Of a DNA stretch of 64,000 bases, positions 40,915-52,165 are shown one piece after another; within the stretch, counting starts at the first letter, position 1; the number at the start of each line of letters is the position of its first letter. A program made the position numbers and the translations under genes. The notes beneath the pieces are model-generated. The model did not search any database, had not been told where the DNA came from, and saw nothing but the letters and a program-made list of their open reading frames with translations. The stretch comes from Felis catus. Lineage: Eukaryota. The DNA is taken from contig NC_058383.1 in assembly GCF_018350175.1 (NCBI RefSeq), forward strand, positions 15,006,001-15,070,000. Direction: 5' to 3'.

Positions 40915-41056
40915 CACGTGCACACACGCAAGAAGGGGAAGGGCAGAGAGAGAGGGGGACAGCACAGAGCCCGATGCAGGACTTGAACTCACAAACTGCG
41001 AGATCATGACCTGAGCCAAAGTCGGATGCTTAACCCGCTGAGCCACCCAGGCGCCC
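40265..41056 (-). mobile_element. Two Can-SINEs (40265-40476; 40868-41056)
   Basis: Reverse copies ending gagccacccaggcgcccc. Confidence 0.9.
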
Positions 41057-41720
41057 CTCCCCCCCCCAAAAACTGATTGAACCACAGTGATTTCACAAAG
41101 TCAGATGCTGATCTTTCTTGCAGGGAGTCTGTCTGTGACAGCCAGGGGAAGGTGGGGACTTCAGCTGGTGAGTCACAAGCCTCCGGGGCCCCGCCTGCAG
41201 TGGTGCTGATTCCCTTCCACCACATTCTGACCCTGGGCACGTGACCGAACCTCACTGCATCTCCGCATCTCCATCTGTAAAATGGGGGAAGCACTAATCC
41301 TCAGGGAGCGGACGGCACATAGGAAGCACTCGGCAGGTTCGCTATTAGCCCTGTCACTTCCTGTTGGAGGGGGAATGTGTGTTTATGTGTCTGTGCATAA
41401 AATGAATCATCAACCATCGACCAGATTAAATAACAAAGCAACTGGTTTTAAGAACACGCAGCAGGAATGCTGGAGGCTGAAATGCTACATCGACGTGCCG
41501 TACAGATGTTTGAAGTTTTCTTACCAGACTATAAAAATGTTTACACAGTAATTAGGCCTGTTATCAGTACGCAAACAGATTACACGCTACAGAACGAATG
41601 AACAGCTCAGAAACCCATTTTTCATCAGGTTCAGAGCGCTTTCCTAATTCTTGGGTTTACCAAAATAAATTCACTTCCTGACAACACGGAGCCACTGCTG
41701 AGTGCCGGAGAGTGGCGCCC

Positions 41721-41793
41721 GGGGGGGGGGGGGAGGAATCGGCGGAGGGCGCACACACACACACACGCACACACGCACACACGCACACACGCA
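41721..41793. repeat. G run plus (CA)n/(CACG) microsatellite
   Basis: Directly visible. Confidence 0.9.
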
Positions 41794-42946
41794 CCCCACT
41801 TACTCTCTCCGGTCTTCAATTTCCCCCCTGTAAAATGAGACAACCCGAGGCCCCCTCTCCATGGCTCTATTCCATTACCATCATTCTCTTCGGAGCACAT
41901 ACTTGCTCTCCCTTTCATCAAGAAAGGACGTGTTTAATTATGGTAATGATGGGGAAGGTGGTAATTCTGCTGAATCACATAATGAGACTCCAATCCCACT
42001 CTCGTTCGGTTACATTAACATGGACTTTGGGCCACTCATTCCTGGCTCGTGAGCCCCCAGATCCAGTCTGCGCGACGAGGCCACGCAGACGGAGGGCTCT
42101 TCCCAAACGCATCGGCAGTGGCTTAAGTAACACTTCACTGTTATTCTTTTCTCGTTTTCAAGGGACGTAAGAGTATTCTGTGGTAATAAGTATGTCACCA
42201 AAATAATTGGCTCAGATCCCTGGTTTGCTCCTCCTAAGTTTCCTTATCGGCTAACTTTTGTTAATGAAAACAATGCAATCGTGATACCAACTTTTGGGCT
42301 CCAGTCCTAGAACAATAATGTTTCAAGGCTCGGAGATGAACTTTTAAGGAGTATTTAATTGCTCGATTCTTTATAAGTATAAAGCGTGCTTTCAGTGAAC
42401 ACTCTGAATACCAAAAGGGCAAGATTCAGTTTCTCTTAGCTGAGTTATGTGTTCAAGTTTTCCCAATGGTTTTGTCGCAAGGGGGGGAAAGGTCATCTGG
42501 GTAAGAGCTCGAGAGGAAGGAATTTTGCAGAGTAATTTGGACAGGGTGATTTGTTTTAGCAATGTTCCAAAATCCTTCAACAAAGTATGGATGCAGGGAT
42601 CTGAAACACACATGGAAAAAAAAAATCGAACAATATATGACCAGAAATGTTAACGGTCTGGGGAACGACAGGGCAGAAAGGTACTTTTATTTTTTTTATA
42701 TAACGTTTCTGTGTTGCTTTAATTTCTTATAAAAGAAAGAGAATGTTTGCTCTCCGCACTAAAAATATTTTTTAAGCATAAAACAAAGCGCCACCGATTG
42801 GACAGCTGGTGTCGAATATAAACATCCTCTTGTCTGGCCCAACAAGGACCGTGGGTTTTGACATCAACCTTTTCAGAAATGAAACGGGAGGGGGAAAGTG
42901 TGTAGCAGATAGAATCTCCCAACACCCCTTAAAATCATTTTTTCCT

Positions 42947-43162
42947 GGGGCGCCTGGGTGGCGCAGTCGGTTAAGCGTCCGACTTCAGCCGGGTCACGAT
43001 CTCGCGGTCCAGGAGTTCGAGCCCCGCGTCGGGCTCTGGGCTGATGGCTCAGAGCCTGGAGCCCATTTCCAATTCTGTGTCTCCCTCTCTCTCTGCCCCT
43101 CCCCCGTTCATGCTCTGTCTCTCTCTGTCCCAAAAATAAATAAACGTTGAAAAAAAAAAAAA
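42947..43162 (+). mobile_element. Young SINEC_Fc-like copy
   Basis: Exact 12-bp TSD cattttttcctg. CpGs retained. Confidence 0.92.
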
Positions 43163-43479
43163 CATTTTTTCCTGATTATAAAAGAAACGTGTGCTCATCT
43201 TCAGGAACATAAATATCATCTGCAATGCCAACACCTTTGGACAGCAGCGTTAATATATTTAGTCCACTCCTTTCCATTATTCTATACCATGTTTTTAAAC
43301 AAAACTGAAATCATACTAGAAATGTGGTTTCAATTAACTGGTACAGTAGAAACCACTAAATTAAGGTCACCAATGCATTCTCTCTCCATCTGTTACTCTT
43401 AAACTCTACATTTTAACTCTGATGGATAAAAACCCACTTTATTGTACCAAGATGGTGCATACAGAATGCACAGCTGCCA

Positions 43480-43960
43480 GGGTGCTCTTTTGAAAACATA
43501 AATTATGTCACTCCCCCGTTTGAAACTCTCCGGCAGCCCCCATCAAACTCAGTGTCAAACCCAAACTCTACAAGGTGACTTCCCAGGCGCCCCATAAATG
43601 AGCCCCTGGTTCTTTGAACTCGTCTTCTACCACATTAGCCTCCTTCCTGTTCTTCTAACACACCCGTTTTGTTCCTACCTCAGGACCTTTGCACTGGCTG
43701 TTGCCACCACCCAGAAGTTCTTCTCCAGATCTTTCCCAACTTACTCAGCTTAAATATGGCTCCTCACTGAGAACTTTCTTGACCGCCCAATCTGAAGTGG
43801 CACCTCCAACTGTCTCAGTTAGATCATCAAATCTCATTGCCGATTTTTGTTCTTCTTACTGTAAGTTACACCACAAGAATATGAAAGCACCACCTCTAAT
43901 TCACCATCTTCCCCAGACCTGAACCAGATATGCTCAATAAGTATCAGTTAAATGAATGCA
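43480..43960 (+). mobile_element. L2 3' end
   Basis: atgtcactcccc...caggacctttgcactggctgtt...tgctcaataagtatcagttaaatgaatg. Confidence 0.65.
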
Positions 43961-45990
43961 AATGTTTTCAGAGTATCCAGATTTGTGGGGCAGGAGATAA
44001 AGCAACCTACTTAAACAGGCCTTATTCACAGCAGCAGGGCCCCTTAATGAGACTCTTAAAAATAGGTCGTCACCTTCTCCTGCAGCCTGGTCATGGACAG
44101 CGGCCCACAGCACCGCCTGTGGGAAAACAAGTGAGTTACTCAGTCTTGGCCAGACCTTTGTTTTGCTTATCCAGACCATTACCTAAACCGGAAAGCCAGT
44201 GGCCACACTATACCCTTCCCTTTCTCCTACCCCTACGTCAGTTACTTAGTAAGTCCTCTCTCCTGTGAAGGAGATACCTAACATCTATGCCACCATCTTC
44301 TAGCAGGATCATTCCAGAAAACTGCTCTCCCCACCCCCAATGCCCTACCCAAAGCTCTGCTAATTGGACATTTCCTCTGAGCGCTTGGAATGTAGCAGCA
44401 TAATGGAATGAGGAAGAGGAGGAGGAGGAAGAGGAAGGTGACGGAAAAGTTGACAGATTATTGGTGCTTCCATAGTACCCACTGCTATGGAACCGGAAAG
44501 CAAGTCTGCCTCGAAGATCCTCACCACCACCCAACTCTCCCCCGCTCCGTGTCTGGTTCTTCAGCCCTGTGACTCCCCATCACTACTGCCACCGCGGTCT
44601 CTTTGGTTGCCTCAGGTTTCAGCCAGAGTTGCTGTCGGTTACCCACAACCTCGCCGGTATCCACGCCCCTGGTCTCCTCCCCAGCAAATCCATTCTCCTC
44701 CAGGTCTCCAACCAGACTTCCCTAAAACTCGAATCTGACCACACTGCCCACCCCCAACAGAGAAAGGCTGAGCCCCGAGTCCTGACCAAAGGTCTCCATC
44801 CTATCATTCCGGCCTCTTCTCTTGTTGCTCCCTCCCTCCACCTTCAAGCTCCAGGAACTGCGAACCCCAGGCTGCTTCCTCCTGTTCTCCGTGCATTTCC
44901 CTGCCCCTCTCACCCCTGGCCCGCCCTGTTTCCTCTGCATTGGAATACCCATTCAAGGCCGACCACTTCGCAATCATCTTTTAAGCTCAGCTCAGACATC
45001 ACTGCCACGCTAGGCTGGATGCCTTCCGTCTCTGCTCACAAATGTGTAGCCCTAACACATGGTCTGCCTTCCCCACTAAACTGTGAATGTTTTGATGACA
45101 GGCGCTGTGTCATATTCATCTCTGTATCCGTAACCACATAATAGGCACGGAAGGCATTTTGGTTAGATGTTAAGTGATTAAAAACATAATTCACTTTGAA
45201 AACCCCAGGTTGGATGCAACAATGTGTTTTCGTTTTCCTCCTTTCTGACCGTATTCAGAACTACCCTCAAACTGAGCGACCGAGGGATCAGCCAGGGCTC
45301 TGCCCATCACGAAGGATGATCGCTTGAGAGTCACGACGCACACTGTTTTCAAAAACATCAGAGGCTATCTCTGGTGGTGCTACCTGATGGTTCCCCATCA
45401 CAAGAGGACCTTTCAGACACTCTGACGACATCAGTTTAAGCCTCCAGTGAAGGGCAAAGATGCCCCCTACCCCATACCAACGTGGGCACAGACAGAGAAC
45501 GTGCGAAGAAAGCATCAGCAGCCTACAATCGAAGCAACCTGGTCTGGAACTTGACACGGCTCCGGTGTGGGCGCACCTGGAGGGCAGGGCACCTGCCTCC
45601 AGAGCTCCTCTGGTGCCCGGGCTTCCTCGTCGGGAACGACGAGCAAACATAGGGTGCCCACTAAGGGGCTGGCGCTAAAGAAGGCATGGAAGGTCAGAGG
45701 CTACTCAAACATTCTTCAGCTGATAAGCAGCACTGTGGGCTTAGACTCAGGAACCCCAGCCTCTTAGAATCAAACCCGAAACCCTGCCTCTCACCCACAA
45801 GCTGCAACAGCCTCAGGAAAGGTATTTCGCCTCCCTGGGCATCAATTTCCAAATATGAAAAACAAGGATAACGTGAACTCAGATGTGGAAGAGTGTCCCG
45901 GTACCAAGTAGGTCTCAGAGACAAGGTCTCCAAAGACCTTAAACCTCCCGAGTCCCACCAGAACCTGGGGGTTCCTCTCACTATAACAAC

Positions 45991-46008
45991 TAGCGCCCCC
46001 TTCTGCCA
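45991..46008 (-). promoter_or_regulatory. Candidate CTCF motif
   Basis: The reverse complement TGGCAGAAGGGGGCGCTA resembles the consensus TGGCCACCAGGGGGCGCTA, with an imperfect 5' half. Confidence 0.3.
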
Positions 46009-48494
46009 CCCAATGAGCACTGCATGGGCTGCCCGTACTGGTCAGGACTGGCAAAGCTGGGGCCAGCTAGGACCAGGCTCAAGGACCAGCTCACAGAGAC
46101 CTCTCCCCAGCTGTTGACCCAGGAGCGCACTGTCCCTCCCAACGCCACTTGCTATGGAAAAGAAATTTCTAGACTGGAGCCCAACCCTGCCCAATATTCA
46201 AGCCCTGATCAGAGGCCTCCCGCCGTGGAGACAAATGTTCAACTCACCTAAGCAGCTGTCCCACGCGCACCCTCACCCCCCACCCCATCCCCGCCGCCCC
46301 TAAGCGAGGAAAGCGGGTCGTCTTCTCCACGGAACCAGCTGGACTAAACTATTTTCTTTCTAAAGAGCCCCCTCTCCTGCACCCGCACCGAAGGCCTGAT
46401 TACTGGCAATGAGCAACACTCAGAGTTCAGAGAAAGGTGATCTTGATGAACAATTCTAAGAAGATTTAGCGCTCCTCCAATCAAACACGCTAGGGATTGT
46501 GTTACCGGACTGTATTGCTTTCATTACTCCGCGTGGATACATCCAGTAACCAACTTGGGTGTTGTGGACCAGCTTCTCGGTAAACAGAGCCTGTCTTCAG
46601 ACAGCTAGTCTGAAGTGTCTGCACTGAGCTCAGAAAGGGGGGCCACGCGGCTGGGCTTCCGCCCGCGCAGGCCGCTGGGGAACGCAGCCCCGGGCATCCA
46701 CGGGGCATCCGTGGGGGCCGCCACCGCCCGCCCAAGAGGCTGGCAAAGTTCCGCAGCTCCGGGAATGCATCCTAAACCGGGTGTCACCGCAGAGCCCAGG
46801 GGAGGTCGGAGTGGCCCCCTCAGATTCCAGTCAAAGCCTCAGATAAACAAGCAGCGAATACAATCCGGACTCCACCAACACTTCCTACTTCGTCCCCCCC
46901 CCCAAAACTCCCTTCCACCCCACAAAGAGGAAATACAAACCACCAACAAGCCAAGGAGGAGAGCTGGAGTCCAGCTTCGATTTAAAAAAAAAAAAAAAAA
47001 AAAAGCCCTGCTCTAGCCTCAAGACAATTTCACACCAAGTGGCTTTAAAACCCTTCCCAGAGCTCTGATGCCTGGATTGAAAAAGAGTTTATCTCTTTGA
47101 CTGAAAGCCAGCGGTGAAAGCAGCAGAACGGGGCAATCCTTAGGAGTTAGTTTTCCCATTTGCACAAATGCGGGGTGTCTGGACATCCCGAGGGCAGAAA
47201 CCTACCCATTCTTCCTAGAGAAGGTCACCTAGCTCTAACGCGGAGGAGGATCTTATTCGCGTGAGACTGTCGTTATTAATTAGCACGCCTCGGGCTCCGG
47301 TGGCCACGACCCAGCACGGCCACACACGGCACCGGCTGCTGATCTCCGAGCCCGGCAAAGTCTCCTTTTCTGCGGAAAAACAGGCTCGGGGCCTGGGGAT
47401 GGCGCCCCGGTCTTGGCACCCGGGGAACTGCAGGCACACTTCCACCTGGGCTCAGGGCTTCAAACCAACTGCAGGGAAAGGCGCCTTCTTCACGCACGCC
47501 TCCTCAGAGCGAAAAAGAGCAGTGGGAAACGCTGCTGCGGGTGGGGGCAGAGGGCGCACGTGGCGGGCGCCTCGGAGGCAAAACGCGGCCCTGGGTCCCC
47601 GCTCGGCAGCACCGTCCCGTCGGCGTGGGGCGTCCTCCGCTCGCCCTGGCCCCGGGGCGCGCCCCAGAACTACCTGCTGCTGCCTAGGCGCCCTCAGGCC
47701 AAGTCTGAGGAAGTTCACTCCCCGCCGCGCCAGTCCGGGGAGGCTGGGGCGCCGCGTAAACCCGGACTGCCCGGGACAACCGGAGCCCGCCCCTGCCCGG
47801 GCGCCCGACCCCGGGAACTGCCGGGGGCCCGGGGCCGGCCGAGCAGCGGCCAGGTCCCAGCCTGCACTCCCGAGGCCTCCCGGGTTATCCCGCGCTCCCC
47901 GGGGCCCGCGGACCCCGGGCGGGTGGCGGCGAGAAGCGTGCGCCCCGGAGGGCTGGCAACCCGCGCCGGGGTGGGGGGGGGGGGGGGTGGTGGTGTCGGA
48001 GGTGGAGGGAATCCTGCGTCCCGCCTCTCCCGATCGCCATGACCCCGGCTTCCCGGAGACCTGGAAGCCGCGCTGCTCTCCCACCTGGGCTGCGGTGCGG
48101 CTCCCTCTCCTCCCCTTCCTTCCCGCCGCCCGGGCGCCCGCGGCCGGGGGCGCGCAGCCCAGCGGCCCCCCGGCGCCGCGGACTCCACGAGCGGCGCGCA
48201 GCCTGCAGCCCGCGCGGTCCGGGACGCCCGAGCGGGACGTCCGCGGCCCTTCCCAGCCCCACGCCCCCGGGCGGGCGGCCAGCAGCCACCCCCAGGGGAG
48301 GGCCAGGTGGCTCGGGCGGCCCCCAGCCCGCGCGGCGCCCTCCGCCGGAGCCAACAGGTACGGGAGGCGTTGTCCGCGGCCGGCCGGCCGCCCGCTCCAG
48401 GGCAGGGGCTCCGGCGCCGCGGAGAGGGGCGAGGACGGAGGGGAGAGGCGGGGGCGGAAGGCGCGGGAGGGCGCGAGCGGGCGGCGGCACTCAC

Positions 48495-48950
48495 CTCTGG
48501 CTGGGCCGGGGCCGGCCGCGCGGCCCGCTGCCCCGAAGCCCGGGTTCCGAGGCGCCTCCGCGCGGCGCGGGGGGCTTCCTCCGAGGCCCGCAGGGAGGGG
48601 GCGGCGCGGCCGCAGGCGCCGGCGGGCAGCGCTCAGCCTGGCGCTCACACCCCCAGCCGGCAGCCGCGTCCCCGCGCCGGCATCCTCGCTGCCGCCGGCT
48701 CCCACGGCGCCCCGGGCCGCTCCCCAAGCGCGCGCCGGGCCGGCGCGAGCCCCTCGTCGGCTCGGAGCGCGATCCGGGCACGCTCCTCCCTGTCCTTGTC
48801 CTCTGCTCCCGTCTGGGGACGCGTGCCCCGCACCCCGGCACGGCGCGCTCCTCTACCCCTCCCGCTCCCGCTGGCCGTGCAGAGCCCCGGCGCGCGGGCT
48901 CAGCCCATGTGCGCGGCTGTCTCGCTGCGCCCCGGAGCCCAGTGGCCGAG
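48495..48950 (-). other. CALN1: Putative non-coding first exon (5'UTR) of the CALN1 short isoform; 3' end exact, 5' end approximate
   Basis: Perfect donor CCAGAG|GTGAGT (GT at 48494-48493) inside the CpG island, on the same strand as the coding exon. Splicing would give ...CCAGAG|GGAGAAGATG. The TSS cannot be read from the sequence. Confidence 0.7.
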
Positions 48951-49215
48951 GCCCCGCCGGAGTTGCGCGCCCTAGAAACTCCATGCAGCTCCGGCCTCCT
49001 CCCCGGCTCCTCCCCGGCGGGCCCCCCGGGGCCTGGAGGCCGCCCGCAGCGCCGTCCCCGCTCTGCCTCCGGCCGCGACAGGAGCCGGGGTCCAGGGCTC
49101 GCGTCGGCCACCCGCGCCCCGGCTGCTCCGAGGGACGGGGAGCCCCCACCCCCACCCCTTCGCCTCTCCAATGGCTCCCTCGGTTTCCAGGCAGCGCAAC
49201 CTGAGGAACGCCTCG

Positions 49216-49234
49216 GCGCGCGCGCACTCACACT

Positions 49235-49273
<39 letters not shown>

Positions 49274-49295
49274 TGCACACACAGGCACACACGCG
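49216..49295. repeat. (CG)n-(CA)n alternating purine-pyrimidine tract at the CpG island edge
   Basis: gcgcgcgcgcactcacactcgcgcacacacacaca... Confidence 0.95.
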
Positions 49296-50068
49296 GGGGG
49301 CGAGCTGGAGCTTGGCAGACGGTCCTCCTTCTTTTCCTCCCCAAAGAAGCTGCCCACGTTAACTCCGGCAAACTGCTGTTTCTCCGTATTGGACAACTCG
49401 CCCGAGCGCCCCCCACCTTAACTGCTTCATCCCCGGTGCCCACACCCTTGGGCCACAGTCCACACCTGCATCCCCGCCCGGGAGAAGGATGGGAGGCCGA
49501 GTCCAGGGGCGGGAGGGGGATTCAGCGTGCCCATCCCTGCCACCATCCAGGGAGGCCCGACTGCGGCCATCGCTCCCCTGGGACCCGGGAACACTTGGTT
49601 TGGCCCCCATTTCCCTTTCCAAGGTCACACACAGAATGGACCCGATGAGGGGGAAAGGGCGTTTGGACACAGGTGTGAGTTAGAACTCTCAGAGACTCTG
49701 TGTAACCGCCCGGTGCTGACCTCCGCCAAGTCCATCCTCAGACCCTTTTTCTGTCTGCCCCGTGCCTCCAGGACAACATTATAGCTCAGTCCCCAGTCAA
49801 CTTTCCAGTCTCCACCAGTGTACCTCTCCTGTGCCCGGAAGCTGACAGAACACGCATAGCCACGAAGGTCTGTGTCGGCAGGTAAAAGAAAGAGTCAAAA
49901 CACCGAGATGGGTCTCAGACTGTCCAGTAGACAGAGTCGGGCGCCTGCCAGTCCCTTTCTGCTCCTCCCAGGAGTGTGCCAAAGGGGTAAGGAACAACCC
50001 ACCTGGCTGGAGCAAGCTAGTCTTTCCTTACTGCACCCTCCTTTCCACCGTCCCAAGTTTCCTGCCCC

Positions 50069-50082
50069 CCTCTAGGTGGCAG
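50069..50082 (+). promoter_or_regulatory. Candidate CTCF motif
   Basis: CCTCTAGGTGGCAG fits the CTCF core CC(A/G/T)CYAGRKGGCR. Motif match only. Confidence 0.45.
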
Positions 50083-51954
50083 AAAGACCGCTCACCAGCT
50101 CAGATGCCTCCGATTCCCAGGACCAAAGAAAAGGTGTATCTGAAAATTCTCACACCAATCAGCAACCGAGCAGGCGACATAAGCCTCTGGTCCAAACAGC
50201 TCAGCAATCACCTCTCTGCTGGCTGGGGCAGCTGCCAAGGGAATGTGGGAAATGGCCCTGCCAGCCAGGCACACAAGTTAATCAGGGTCCCCTCCTCGCC
50301 AGGCCTGCAGCCTGGGTATGGTTCCCCTGAGCCTTCATAATAATCATCGCGGGCACCGGTCCTCTGGCATTTAGCATTTGCTACCCTGCGTTATTACTGT
50401 CTTTTCTTGAGCCAGTCTTGCTTCCCAAATTATGTTCTTGAGCCACTGGCTGCGTCCTTTGTCCTTAGTTCAGATGCGCGTAGAAGTCGTTTTTCAGGGG
50501 TTTTCATGAAGAGCTGTTGGCAGATGAACCAACAGAGTCGGTGATGTTTTCCTGTGATCCCTTCGTTTGGATGAAAACTGCATCATTTTCTAACAATCTG
50601 TTGCTTTCTGTAAGCGATTGTTTTGTCCCTTTCTGCATGGCAACCGGGTCACCACAGCCCCTTGGCAAGACTATATACTGTTGAAGGAGAAGGAGAAGGA
50701 TGGGGGGGGGGGGGAAGGGGGAAGAGGTAGGAAACTGCAGGCCCAAAATGGTGTCACTGAGACCGAGTTGCCAAATCCCCAATGTAAGTGCAGTTTTAAC
50801 CTCCCCTGGAAATGTAATCTTAACAGGTTGGCCAGGAATTTGTCAATCCACACCAATGACTCCAGCCCCCAAAGGAAGATGAGGTCATCTGCATGATAAG
50901 ACCCCAGGTTTTCCCCCTAGAGGGAACCCCCCTAGAGGGGTTCCATTTTGTGCAACCCCTCAGAATGCCTCTCTGCTTGCTGGCTGGGACGCTGCCCGAT
51001 TCACGAATCATTCAACGAAGCAAATTAGAGCCTCGAACTTACTTGATTGAATTTTAACAACACACACCTGACGGAGTTCCTGGTAGAATGCCGGGGCCAC
51101 CATTTAACCAGAATAGGATACATCGGCAGAAGTTCTCCGCCCTTGCTTCCTGCCTGTGGGGATTTGGGCCAGCTTGTTCTCTCTAAAGCTCGCTGCCCTC
51201 GTCTGTAAAATGGGAATGATTACAGCATCTACTCTATAAGGCTGTTGTAAAGGTTAAATGTGATCGTGTGAAATAGTTCCCATCTAGAGGAGCTACACAA
51301 ATCAATTCTAGGCAGAAAGTAAGTTTTCAACAAACATTGGCTGTTGTCATGATTAGTGAGTAGTTAATACATAGCAAAGACGTTACCTTGGGTTTCGTCC
51401 CCAGATACTAATCTCTGCAGACCTCAAAAACTAGAGAAGCCAGGTGGCAGACTTCGGCAAGCATGCCAAAGGCAGTTTCCTGGTTCTTACCGACAATGAC
51501 TATTTTGAGACTTCCAGGGTGAGTGTGTAGGTTCAACAGGCCCTGATACCCTTGCCCCAACTTTCATTCGATATATATTTATTAAGGGTCAAGCATGTGT
51601 CTTTTCCTTCCTATTAAAATGCCAAAGAAACTCTTGTGCTGATTAGCAGAATGGAAGCTAAAAGCAACCTAGAAAAAAGTGGGTGGGAAGAAGGACTGCC
51701 CTTTATCTTGCATTTGTAGCTGGATTTATATAAGTATTCTCTCCAACCCAGAACAATACAGCCCTCCGGGCCAAAGCTAGGGATAGGCAATAACTTCATT
51801 CTACCACCTGGCTTTGGGACTCAGTTACAAACCGGACACCTGGATAAATAGCAGCCTTACCACATGGTCATCATTTTCTGACGTGGCCAAAGTCATTCCT
51901 GCCTCTACCTCATCCCTTCCCCTATCTTTCCTTCTTTGCTTTTACTTTTTTTCA

Positions 51955-52165
51955 ATTTTTTTTCATCTTTATTTATTTTTGAGAGAGACAGACAGAGCAC
52001 GAGCACGGGAGGAACAGAGAGAGAAGGAGACACAGAATCCGAAGCAGGCTCCAGGCTCTGAGCTGTCGGCACAAGAGCCCAACACGGGGCTCGAACTCAC
52101 GAACCGTGAGATCATGACCTGAGCCGAAGTCAGCCGCTTAACCCACTGAGCCACCCAGGCGCCCC
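51955..52165 (-). mobile_element. Can-SINE
   Basis: TSD ctttgcttttact. Confidence 0.9.

Larger units (their letters stand above)
47230..49300. promoter_or_regulatory. CpG island / TATA-less GC-rich promoter (CALN1 alternative promoter)
   Basis: Very high GC with dense CpG and several GGGCGG/CCGCCC boxes over ~2 kb, against a CpG-depleted background. No SINE or L1 inside. A smaller CpG shoulder lies at ~46640-46800. Confidence 0.9.

Noticed and set aside
41190..41210. REST/RE1 site (GTGGTGCTGA)
   Set aside because: Only one half-site matches; the second half is absent.
47261..49421. Long ORFs of 647, 460, 417, 259 and 222 aa on both strands
   Set aside because: They are Arg/Pro/Gly/Ala-rich, overlap in many frames and show no recognisable domain. 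This is expected from stop-codon scarcity in a CpG island.
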